From a virus (lineage: Duplodnaviria; Caudoviricetes), in the IMG/VR virus record IMGVR_UViG_3300005403_000018, positions 1-37,336 of that record: a stretch of 37,336 bases of DNA. One strand, given 5' to 3'. Made by a program: the position numbers and the translations under genes. Positions 25,623 through 33,848 of this stretch are shown one piece after another; position 1 is the first letter of the stretch; the number at the start of each line of letters is the position of its first letter. The notes under the pieces are model-generated. The model made no database searches and was not told where the DNA came from. It saw nothing but the letters and a program-made list of their open reading frames with translations.

Positions 25623-25740
25623 TGGTATAATTTGATTACTTAGGCAAAGCAGTTGGTCAGATTTTTTATTTCATGCGTCTCGTTTAGACTGTATTGCCTA
25701 AGTAACAATACTGACCCACTAAACGGGGCGCTCCTTTTTG
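25623..25740 (+). promoter_or_regulatory. Extended -10 promoter and structured leader of the HNH gene
   Basis: TGGTATAAT; TTACTTAGGCAA/TTGCCTAAGTAA, GGTCAG/CTGACC, GCGTCTCGTTTAG/CTAAACGGGGCGC. Confidence 0.7.
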
Positions 25741-25747
25741 GATAGTT

Positions 25748-26407
25748 ATGAAAAATCTTTTTCTTATTGTCTGTGAGCATTGCAAAAAGCCTTTTTATGT
25801 ACATAAATATAGAAGAAATTCTGCGAGATTTTGTTCCTATTCTTGTAGAAGTAAAACCACTATGGGAAAAGGCGAAACCGCTGTTTTTTGGAAAGGCGGA
25901 AAAAAAACTTTTATTTGTCAAAACTGTGGAAACAATTTTCTTGGTTCTACTGGAAACAAAAATAAGTTTTGTTCTAAAGATTGTTTTGATAAATGTAGAA
26001 TGAGGCGCGTTGAAACAAAATGCGCAAATTGCGGTAAAATTACATTCAAAAAACTTTCCAAATTCAACGAATCTATCAATCATTTTTGTTCTCAAAAATG
26101 CAGTAAAGATTATCTTGTTGGAGAAAAATCCCATCTTTGGACTGGCGGCAATAAAGATTATCCGCAAACATTTAATCGCAAGTTTAAAAAGATGATTAGA
26201 GATCGAGACAACTTTACGTGTGCTATTTGTAAAGAATATGGAAACGAAGTTCACCACATTAATTATGTGAAGAACGATACTATTCCAGAAAATTGCATTA
26301 CTCTTTGTAAAAGTTGTCATTGTAAGACCAATCATCACCGTGAATATTGGAAATCCTTATTATGTTCCTCTAATAAAAGCACAAGCAAAAGTTGCGGTAT
26401 TGGCTGA
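25748..26407 (+). CDS. Free-standing HNH endonuclease with repeated Zn-finger (CxxC..FCSxxC) domains; the only plus-strand gene
   Basis: Three CxxC...FCS..C repeats; RDNFTCAIC..EVHHI...N.ITLC..CH. Confidence 0.9.
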   Translation: MKNLFLIVCEHCKKPFYVHKYRRNSARFCSYSCRSKTTMGKGETAVFWKGGKKTFICQNCGNNFLGSTGNKNKFCSKDCFDKCRMRRVETKCANCGKITFKKLSKFNESINHFCSQKCSKDYLVGEKSHLWTGGNKDYPQTFNRKFKKMIRDRDNFTCAICKEYGNEVHHINYVKNDTIPENCITLCKSCHCKTNHHREYWKSLLCSSNKSTSKSCGIG

Positions 26408-27124
26408 GCCTAAAGCCAACTGCCATCTTAAATACTGTCTTACGGTTGCTGTCTTAGCGAGTGCAACCATTCCAGAAGCCGGTGTAACACTTGCGTTTAT
26501 CAATCCACTTGTAGCCCCTGATAACGCTGAAAAAGCGCCGTCGTTGGCGTTAGTAGCTGAATCATCAACAGATAACGTACAAGTACCGTCTGACGAGAAT
26601 AACTGCCAGGCGAAGATCCCGCCTTTAGCACTTGCCGCCCCGTTATTGATTGTTCCAACGGCTGTATTAGCCGCCGTCCTGGCTGCCTTTGCATGAAGTA
26701 ATAGACCAAATGGGTTCTCATAACCCTTGACTTCTGAATAAGAAGCGGCAGGAAAGTTTACGTTTACACCAACAATACCTTGGCCGTCCGAAGTGTAAGA
26801 CGCTTGCTGCATAGTCCACGCAAACACCGGCATACCCACTGTTGGTTCTGCGATTGTTCCAAAAGCAACCATGACATTAGTTACGATGTTCCCGGCACTC
26901 ATTAACTCATGTAATCCAATAGCGGCAGAAGGTGACAAGAATGCGTTTAGCGGGCCACACTGGATAGAAGCCATTCCGAGAATGGTATTCATAACTTCGT
27001 CTGAATAGGCAGCGGCGGGAGTATCTTCCATCGTTACACCAACCGAACCAATATCCCTTGCAGTACCTGAAATATCGTATGCGTTTGCGTAGACCCTTGT
27101 ATATTTAGGATTTAATCTTGTCAT
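26360..27124 (-). CDS. Tail structural protein (tube-like N-terminus)
   Basis: 254 aa, Ala/Gly/Thr-rich, after the tail terminator-like gene. Confidence 0.65.
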   Translation of the reverse strand: MTRLNPKYTRVYANAYDISGTARDIGSVGVTMEDTPAAAYSDEVMNTILGMASIQCGPLNAFLSPSAAIGLHELMSAGNIVTNVMVAFGTIAEPTVGMPVFAWTMQQASYTSDGQGIVGVNVNFPAASYSEVKGYENPFGLLLHAKAARTAANTAVGTINNGAASAKGGIFAWQLFSSDGTCTLSVDDSATNANDGAFSALSGATSGLINASVTPASGMVALAKTATVRQYLRWQLALGSANTATFACAFIRGT

Positions 27125-27125
27125 G

Positions 27126-27593
27126 CTAAACCTCGTAGAATTCCATCGCCCTTAGTTTGATAATTGCACCAAAGAACGAATTACCTGAAGGATCGGTTAT
27201 CATTCCGAAAGCGTCAAACCCATCAAACCTCAAATCAACCGCGCCGGATAATGTGTCATTGGTAACAATGCTGTTGACAATTTTCATAGCGTCTGCCAGT
27301 AAAATGTCATAGTTAGCGCCCAAGTTACGATTACTACCAACCGGATTACTTACGAACACCCAGGACATTGTGTAATGCACGTCTTGTTTTTCAGTTCCAT
27401 TTGAACCGTATGTAGCCTGTTCAACTGAAAAATCAGTCAAGAAGTTGTCAGGATTAGGGAACATTATTTGACCAAGATTAGCCGCGCTTTCCGGTATCGT
27501 AGCCTCTGTTTTGATAACTAAATTACTCCCATTCGTCAAGGTAATTGATAAATTAGAAATTGAAGTAATTAGAGTTTCAATGGATACGCTCAT
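27126..27593 (-). CDS. Putative tail terminator/completion protein
   Basis: Size and position after the head-tail connector. Confidence 0.55.
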   Translation of the reverse strand: MSVSIETLITSISNLSITLTNGSNLVIKTEATIPESAANLGQIMFPNPDNFLTDFSVEQATYGSNGTEKQDVHYTMSWVFVSNPVGSNRNLGANYDILLADAMKIVNSIVTNDTLSGAVDLRFDGFDAFGMITDPSGNSFFGAIIKLRAMEFYEV

Positions 27594-28201
27594 GTTCGTT
27601 TCCTAAACGGATTGATTTTAGACCACGCCACACTTGGCACATCCTGAGGGGTAATTACGACCCCGCCCGCCGTGATCGTTGAAATTTGAGATAACGTTTC
27701 ACCAAATCTACGCTTACTGGCAGACGCGGCTATCATTATTGTGGCTTCTTTGATACCAGTAGGAACGGACGGCCATCCAAAGATACCGGATATTTTCACA
27801 CCCTTTGATAATCCATTAGGCATTGTCTCGGTTGTCACTGGACTTAGTACAATCTTTGAGTAAGGTCTGCCATCTAAGACCGCATTATCGGGCTTCAAAT
27901 CATAATCTGTTGTTTCCCACGTGTAAGGATAATCCCTGTTCCCGCCGTCTGTTTGCAAGGTAGTTACACTGACAAGATCGCCTGTTTTAATCTCATTATC
28001 AACCGCTTCAAAGTACCTTGTCTCAGCGGTTGAGTTCTTATAGAACTTCCGGCAAGTCTCACCGTCAATGAACCGACTAGCGCCCTCTACAAGCATCTCT
28101 AATACGGCATCATCAGCTACGCTTGTAGAAAATGTCTGATTGGCGGGTGTTAGATATGCCTTTAGATCAGCTAAGGTTGCATAACCGTTTGTGATCGCCA
28201 T
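27590..28201 (-). CDS. Head-tail connector/adaptor
   Basis: YATLADLKAYL...ASRFID...GWPSVP..IKEA. Confidence 0.8.
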   Translation of the reverse strand: MAITNGYATLADLKAYLTPANQTFSTSVADDAVLEMLVEGASRFIDGETCRKFYKNSTAETRYFEAVDNEIKTGDLVSVTTLQTDGGNRDYPYTWETTDYDLKPDNAVLDGRPYSKIVLSPVTTETMPNGLSKGVKISGIFGWPSVPTGIKEATIMIAASASKRRFGETLSQISTITAGGVVITPQDVPSVAWSKINPFRKRT

Positions 28202-28575
28202 TAGTCCTCGTAGTAAACTACAACGCGCCCGACCTTTGAATTAGCGCCACTGGCAATATCAGCCTTTAGTGCGCCGTCAAGGATTGGTAAACACCTATCC
28301 CCGCCAGCCGTGCCAGTCAGTGCCGATCCATCTGCAACCGCATTAACTAAGTCTCTCGGATAAAACCATACAATAGAAGTCCCAGCAGTCGCTTTAGTCA
28401 ACAGGGGTTTTGAAGCCGTGTTAGGGTGAACACATGTTATCGTTAGGGTTGCGCCGGTGTCAATAGTTCCAGGTTCATACTTGATAGCATATAACTTACC
28501 AAATACGCTCCTACTCGTGGCGCTTGCAGTTCCATCGCTTACGTGTGTCGTTAAATCTAAGACAATGCTTCTCAT
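28201..28575 (-). CDS. Hypothetical virion protein
   Basis: 124 aa, beta-rich, in the head module. Confidence 0.7.
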   Translation of the reverse strand: MRSIVLDLTTHVSDGTASATSRSVFGKLYAIKYEPGTIDTGATLTITCVHPNTASKPLLTKATAGTSIVWFYPRDLVNAVADGSALTGTAGGDRCLPILDGALKADIASGANSKVGRVVVYYED

Positions 28576-28584
28576 AATGTGTCC

Positions 28585-28830
28585 TCAAACTTTCGCTTTT
28601 CTTCCGCGCTTTACGATGACTTTAGGTTCTACGATTTTAATCGCGGGTTCTACTACCTCATCAAATACATCGTTTTCTTTTACTTCAATGACCGGTTCAA
28701 CAGAAACTACGATTTTTCTAGTAATGAAATTTTGCGCAACGAGATCGTTAAGGTCTACAATCGCACCCTGTAAGTGTCTGAATTCGTTTGTTTCTGGACC
28801 GTGATAATCTCTAAGGAATTTTACTTTCAT
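28585..28830 (-). CDS. Small post-capsid protein
   Basis: MKVKFLRDY...G..VDL...basic tail; SD GGAG. Confidence 0.7.
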   Translation of the reverse strand: MKVKFLRDYHGPETNEFRHLQGAIVDLNDLVAQNFITRKIVVSVEPVIEVKENDVFDEVVEPAIKIVEPKVIVKRGRKAKV

Positions 28831-28846
28831 GGTATCTCTCCATTAA

Positions 28847-28868
28847 GGGCGGGAATTTCACCCGCCCA
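28847..28868 (-). terminator. GC hairpin (terminator-like)
   Basis: GGGCGGGTGAAATTCCCGCCC. Confidence 0.5.
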
Positions 28869-28876
28869 ATTAATTT

Positions 28877-29809
28877 TTACGCTAAACTTCCGTTAGCGGG
28901 AACAATCGCATTAGCAACGTCAGATGCTGAAATTCGATTATCAAGCATCATTTTTGCACCAGCCACGATCGCGCCGGCTCCGGCAGTTCCCTGCGCGTTC
29001 CCGGTCACACAATAGTTGCCGTGAACGTAGAATTTGCCGCTTGCGTCAGTGATACAGATTTTTGTCGTGTTTACGACATTGTTCAGAACACGCCCGGCTC
29101 TCGCGGCGCATGTCGCGGACGCGTTGATTTCAACGCCATTGTCAGCGCCCTCAATCACATTGCCCTCGATAAGCAGGGAGTTGGAAGCGCCCGCGCCGAT
29201 CTCTATTACAGCATCCGAGAATTGCCCCATAAACAGGCAGTCCTTGATCGCCAGGCTCTCTACGGCAGTCGCGATGATCGCTCCGCCAGCTGCAGCCGTT
29301 GAGGTCGCGTCAAATGTGCAACCCTCAAAAGAGATACCGCTTTGCTGTGTCGGGATAGTGAATAAATCGCCACCAGCGGCGGGAGCCTTGAAAATCATGT
29401 TGATGAACCGGCATCCCATATAAGGCGTGGTTCCGATCGCGTGATTTCCTATGATCCGAGCGCCTTTGAGATGGTCAACAGAACCGACCCCGATAATGTC
29501 AGTTTTCTGCGCGAGCGCGGTAAAGTCCTCGCCGTCGTCGTCAGCCGTTTGGTCAGCCCGAACATAGATCACGTTGCGAGCCGCCCAACCATAAGCGCCG
29601 GAAGCAATATCAGCGTGTGAAAGTGCCATAGCTTTCGTGAGGGTCTTCAAGGCGTTATCCCATGAATCGCCCTCGTTGCCATCACTCCCGCAGTTGCAAT
29701 CCACATAAAATACACGGTTTGCTCCGACCCCATAATTCATTGCCACAGCACCATCTTTGAGGTCTAACAGACTTGACTTACCCTTGCGCAAAATATAAGT
29801 GTTTCCCAT
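28877..29809 (-). CDS. Right-handed beta-helix (pectin-lyase-like) protein, possible head decoration/spike
   Basis: FYVD...GSDGNEG.SW..A.KT..KA motif and repeated I.GN/I.DC turns; start MGNTY with SD AAGGAG. Confidence 0.7.
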   Translation of the reverse strand: MGNTYILRKGKSSLLDLKDGAVAMNYGVGANRVFYVDCNCGSDGNEGDSWDNALKTLTKAMALSHADIASGAYGWAARNVIYVRADQTADDDGEDFTALAQKTDIIGVGSVDHLKGARIIGNHAIGTTPYMGCRFINMIFKAPAAGGDLFTIPTQQSGISFEGCTFDATSTAAAGGAIIATAVESLAIKDCLFMGQFSDAVIEIGAGASNSLLIEGNVIEGADNGVEINASATCAARAGRVLNNVVNTTKICITDASGKFYVHGNYCVTGNAQGTAGAGAIVAGAKMMLDNRISASDVANAIVPANGSLA

Positions 29810-29833
29810 TTTTATTACTCCTTTTTGCCTCCG

Positions 29834-29860
29834 TGAGGGTGAGCACACACCCACCCTCAC
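29834..29860 (-). terminator. Hairpin after the capsid gene
   Basis: GTGAGGGTG...CACCCTCAC. Confidence 0.5.
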
Positions 29861-29881
29861 ATCAGGCTATCTTATAGAGGA

Positions 29882-32038
29882 TTAGACAGTCACGCCGTAA
29901 GTAATGGCGCTTGCTTCCGTATCACGCTGTTTCAAACCAACGCGGAGCATGGCAACGATCTCATTACTATCGCTGTTAGCGAACCGGGTTGTTTCCATAG
30001 TGATACGCCGTCTCCAACCGAGTTTCCACTGATCCCAGCGAACCGCGAGAATTGCACCGTAAAGGTTCGCGGTTGTGTCGGTTGTGTTCACCTTACCAGC
30101 GCTGTTGGCTTTGCGGGCACTTGACATAAAGTGCATTGAACCACTGACCATGAGAGGATAACCCCATAAACCGGTCAGTTTACCACCTTCAAGAGTGGGT
30201 GAAGCAAACACGTCACGGGTCAAGACTTCAGGAAGTGCTAAGGCTTTGTAGTAGGTGTTCGGGTCAACGATGAAAGCACACTTTGAAGTGTCAAGTCCGT
30301 TGATACCAGCGCTACCCATGAGTTTCATAGTTTCAAGGAAATCTTCAACGGTCAACGCGCCGCCAGCCCGTGAGTTGGCAGTCGTGGTAACTAAGCAGGA
30401 TTTTCTAAAACCGTTGAAAGCCAGGTAATGCCCGCCGGTAACTTCAGCCCCACCAATATTATTGATATTGGTAGAATCGGTTGTCTCAGTATCGCCATCG
30501 ATGATAGCAGAATCGAGATATTCAGCACCGGAAGTTGCAAGCTGTTGTCGAACCTGATTAGCAAACGGGATTAAGGAACTTTCTTCCATCTCACCAGTCC
30601 ACACCACACGAGCTCCCATTTTAGCAAGGGTCAAAGAAGCATTACCAGTTGCTACACGGGATGAAGTAATGGTAGGAGCGGGAGCTCCAACGGTTGAACC
30701 ATTGGTCGTATTCTCTGAAATGTTATACCAAATCGGATCGGTTGATTCCAACGGAAGGGTAATGCTTTCGTAACCCTGTGGAACTTCAACGGACGGGATT
30801 TTGCTCATAACATTCGCCTGAATACGGATCGATTCCCAAAGTGAGGTTGAATATGCAGCACCAACCCACTCATCGCCATAACCAGATGAAGTCGAGTAAT
30901 CAATTTCACCAGCTTTAATTCCGGCGGCTTTCATAGCCTTTCGGCCTTCAGCACCAACGCTTGATTGATCTTCTTCCAGTTTCAGAGAGAGAGCTTTCAA
31001 CGCGCCTTCGCTCACGTCCTTTTTGGCAGACTTCAACACACCAATCAAAACGGCGGTATCAGCTGCATCAAGGTTATCGTAGCGGTCAGTGTCCGAGAAT
31101 TTCTTCACGTAAACGCCACCAGGAAGCCGTTTCTCAGCCGCGAATTGTTTTGTCAATTCTTCTTCTTTGGCTTTGACGGCCTTGTCAACTTCTGCCTGAA
31201 TTTCGGCAGCTTTTGCGGCTTTGGCCTGAGTATCGGCTTCTTTTGCGGCCAACGCGGCATCAATCATTTTTTGAACCTCTTCGTTTTCCATCTTGTTACT
31301 CCTTGTTTGAATGGTTAAATTATCTGCCGCCTCATTGGCCTCTGGCAGTTTATCAACGTCTGGAATTTCTAGTCCTAATTTCTCATAATGCGCTTTCATT
31401 ACCGGAAGCGCTACTGCATACGCATTGGCAGGATGTCTCTTGTCGCCTTCATCAATCAATGACCCTTCTACAACAGGCCACTTGTCAATGTGCCCACCGG
31501 GTTGATCTCTAATAATGTGAGGGATTGAACCGCTTGAAGCCCTGGCAAGTCCGCGTTTAGCAGCATCCCAAATCCTCTTTGCTAATTCACTTGTCTTGTC
31601 AAGAATAGCTCTATACCAATGACCCTTTTCATCCGTGTGATCGTAGGTCATCATTCCAATAGGCTCTGGATCCCCCTGTGGCTTTCCTTCAGGCGTGAAC
31701 CCGTGATAATAGTATGCAGGAATGGTTTTATAAATCTCGTGCTGTGTCACGGTCTTTGCATCGAAGTATTGACCGTCTGTGTCCTTTCCGTTATCCGGCC
31801 CGCCAAAAGGAACTAACAACACGTCTAATTCCATATCTGCTAAAGCCTTGATAACGGTAGACGCGGTAATCTTGTATTCAGTCAAACTCATAGTCATAGT
31901 TGATTTAGTTGTCTTGTCATCCTCATCTGGTTCCATTTCGTTAGTCAGTTCATGGATACGTTTAGCAGATGACCGAATCTCTTTGATACGTTCTTTGTCA
32001 TAACCGTTGTTACGTGCACCCATTTTCAAATCATCCAT
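29882..32038 (-). CDS. Prohead protease-scaffold-major capsid protein fusion (HK97 fold)
   Basis: N-terminal KDTDGQYF, YYYHG, ASSGS, WPVVEGSL protease-like motifs; Ala/Lys/Glu helical linker; C-terminal capsid (D.AIIDGD, FNGFRK, LWGYPL). Confidence 0.85.
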   Translation of the reverse strand: MDDLKMGARNNGYDKERIKEIRSSAKRIHELTNEMEPDEDDKTTKSTMTMSLTEYKITASTVIKALADMELDVLLVPFGGPDNGKDTDGQYFDAKTVTQHEIYKTIPAYYYHGFTPEGKPQGDPEPIGMMTYDHTDEKGHWYRAILDKTSELAKRIWDAAKRGLARASSGSIPHIIRDQPGGHIDKWPVVEGSLIDEGDKRHPANAYAVALPVMKAHYEKLGLEIPDVDKLPEANEAADNLTIQTRSNKMENEEVQKMIDAALAAKEADTQAKAAKAAEIQAEVDKAVKAKEEELTKQFAAEKRLPGGVYVKKFSDTDRYDNLDAADTAVLIGVLKSAKKDVSEGALKALSLKLEEDQSSVGAEGRKAMKAAGIKAGEIDYSTSSGYGDEWVGAAYSTSLWESIRIQANVMSKIPSVEVPQGYESITLPLESTDPIWYNISENTTNGSTVGAPAPTITSSRVATGNASLTLAKMGARVVWTGEMEESSLIPFANQVRQQLATSGAEYLDSAIIDGDTETTDSTNINNIGGAEVTGGHYLAFNGFRKSCLVTTTANSRAGGALTVEDFLETMKLMGSAGINGLDTSKCAFIVDPNTYYKALALPEVLTRDVFASPTLEGGKLTGLWGYPLMVSGSMHFMSSARKANSAGKVNTTDTTANLYGAILAVRWDQWKLGWRRRITMETTRFANSDSNEIVAMLRVGLKQRDTEASAITYGVTV

Positions 32039-32051
32039 GTTTACTCCATAT

Positions 32052-32162
32052 AACAAAAAAGACGTGATGCAAAATCAAGCCTTATTCAGGCTATCAGTTG
32101 CAACACGCCACTCTTACAAGAGTCTCTAGCGGTTCGCTATTTAGTTATGAATATTATAACAC
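32052..32162 (-). promoter_or_regulatory. Promoter and multi-hairpin leader of the capsid operon
   Basis: TGTTATAAT; TAGCG/CGCTA, ACTCTT/AAGAGT and GCGTGTTGCAA/TTGCATCACGT followed by TTTTTT. Confidence 0.55.
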
Positions 32163-32200
32163 ATTTATTTTGTGTCAATGCCCTTATTCTATACTGTCAA

Positions 32201-32389
32201 TTACAAATCTCTGAATAACTGCAATTCATTATGCGTTTGCGCATTCAGCTCATATTGTCCTAAGTAATAAAACGCAAGCGCTACTTGTTTTGGATCGTTA
32301 ACGTCTACCTGTTTACCGAAAAAGTAACCACCCTCAACCCTACCCAATATTTCATCATACTTCTTGTCTATCCATTGTTCGCCTGTCAT
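32201..32389 (-). CDS. Hypothetical protein (moron-like)
   Basis: 62 aa, SD GGGGAG. Confidence 0.7.
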   Translation of the reverse strand: MTGEQWIDKKYDEILGRVEGGYFFGKQVDVNDPKQVALAFYYLGQYELNAQTHNELQLFRDL

Positions 32390-32398
32390 TATTCTCCC

Positions 32399-32659
32399 CT
32401 ATTCTTCGCAAACTACATTTGATGAATAATAATACTTCCATCCAATGAATGAGTGTATTTCAACAAAACGATTATACAGTTTCCAAATGTGTAGTTTTTC
32501 TCCAATGAACCTAGATACAATAGCAATGATGTTCTTCGGATAAACCACATAACTATACCCATTCCAGTATCTTGGATGGATAATACATGAATATTCAGGT
32601 TGTTTATGTTCCTTAATTTTTGACAATGCTATTACAAAATCTGCATACGTTAAACTCAT
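32399..32659 (-). CDS. Hypothetical protein (moron-like)
   Basis: 86 aa, SD AAGGAG, upstream TATAAT. Confidence 0.65.
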   Translation of the reverse strand: MSLTYADFVIALSKIKEHKQPEYSCIIHPRYWNGYSYVVYPKNIIAIVSRFIGEKLHIWKLYNRFVEIHSFIGWKYYYSSNVVCEE

Positions 32660-32688
32660 ATTCTCTCCTTGAACAACTTAATTATACA

Positions 32689-33144
32689 TCAACTCAAATG
32701 TAACTTTTTGATAGCAGACTTAACCCCGCCCTCAAACTTCTTTAGAATATCCTTACCCTTATTCTTTAGCACCATTGTTATGGTCTGCCAATTATTAGCC
32801 CTGTGTCCGATAATCTGATTATCGCCTTGCACAAATTGAGCATATTCTTTTTCGTTTACTACAATCTGATTGTATCCTTTTCCTACCGCTCTCCATCCCT
32901 GCCTTAGTTCCTGTGATCTTCCAGGAAAACCAGCTTGTTTCATTTTCATCATTACATACTTTCGCTGTTTATCAGACGACCATACAAAAGGTTTACTAGA
33001 CTTAGGCGGGTATGTCTGCATAGAATTGACTATATATTCGTTGGCAGCTTCAACGCCAGCATCACGCGCTTCTTTAGGTAACCTTTTCAGGCGCTCTGAA
33101 ATAGTTGTGATTCCCGAAATGTCGATGCCGATGAAGTTACTCAT
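32689..33144 (-). CDS. HK97 gp10-like neck/morphogenesis protein
   Basis: Basic 151 aa; YPP...R...L..GW...YAQFVQG. Confidence 0.6.
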   Translation of the reverse strand: MSNFIGIDISGITTISERLKRLPKEARDAGVEAANEYIVNSMQTYPPKSSKPFVWSSDKQRKYVMMKMKQAGFPGRSQELRQGWRAVGKGYNQIVVNEKEYAQFVQGDNQIIGHRANNWQTITMVLKNKGKDILKKFEGGVKSAIKKLHLS

Positions 33145-33848
33145 ACATTCCCTGAAGTTGCAATATCCAATAGTCTACCTAAAGCGTCCGCGGATCTCCG
33201 TTGGTCAGTTTCTTCCAACCGGCAATCACAATTCCACCCGCCACACGAAAGGACGCTTGACCCTGATTCACCTGGCGTTATTCCTGATTGTTCCCATTCG
33301 TAAGCATAGGCCACAATTCCATCTAAGGCGCTACAAGTTTCACAATGTAATTCAGTAGCTCCTAAACGCCACACGAGACGGATCTTACCACCAAAGTGAA
33401 TCTTTGACGTATTCATAACTTCATTATACTTGCTTGCCCAAATATCAATTCTCGGTCTGAATTGTGATCTAAACGCATCTAAAGCCTCTTTGTCGGTCAT
33501 GCCCTCTGTGTCTTTTATGATGTCGATTATGTCAACTGCTAGACCCGTTAGATAGCCTATTTCCTCACTGATTATTCCACTTAGAATTGCAAGGTCATCC
33601 TCTGTCATTTCACTTACAGGAACACCGACTTCGTCCGCGCCCTCGTTCCATGCCTTAGTAAGTTGATTCTCAATCGCAGCGATAAAATCACTTTCAAATT
33701 GGTTGTCTGATACTTCGCCCCTAAAGAACTCCAAAGCGTATGACCATAACTGACGGTCAAACATCTCTAATGTCTTTATGGATACGATATGCCATAAAGC
33801 AGGTATTGAATCGCATACGTCAAATAAGATACTATTTTTCAACGGCAT
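33141..33848 (-). CDS. Head morphogenesis (SPP1 gp7/Mu F-like) protein
   Basis: After the portal; W.LG..E.HCETC...NCDCRL. Confidence 0.7.
   Translation of the reverse strand: MPLKNSILFDVCDSIPALWHIVSIKTLEMFDRQLWSYALEFFRGEVSDNQFESDFIAAIENQLTKAWNEGADEVGVPVSEMTEDDLAILSGIISEEIGYLTGLAVDIIDIIKDTEGMTDKEALDAFRSQFRPRIDIWASKYNEVMNTSKIHFGGKIRLVWRLGATELHCETCSALDGIVAYAYEWEQSGITPGESGSSVLSCGGWNCDCRLEETDQRRSADALGRLLDIATSGNV

Noticed and set aside
25640-26338. 232-aa minus-strand ORF
   Set aside because: Antisense shadow of the HNH gene: Phe/Ile/Ser-rich, no motifs, and the plus frame has a clear HNH/Zn-finger signature.
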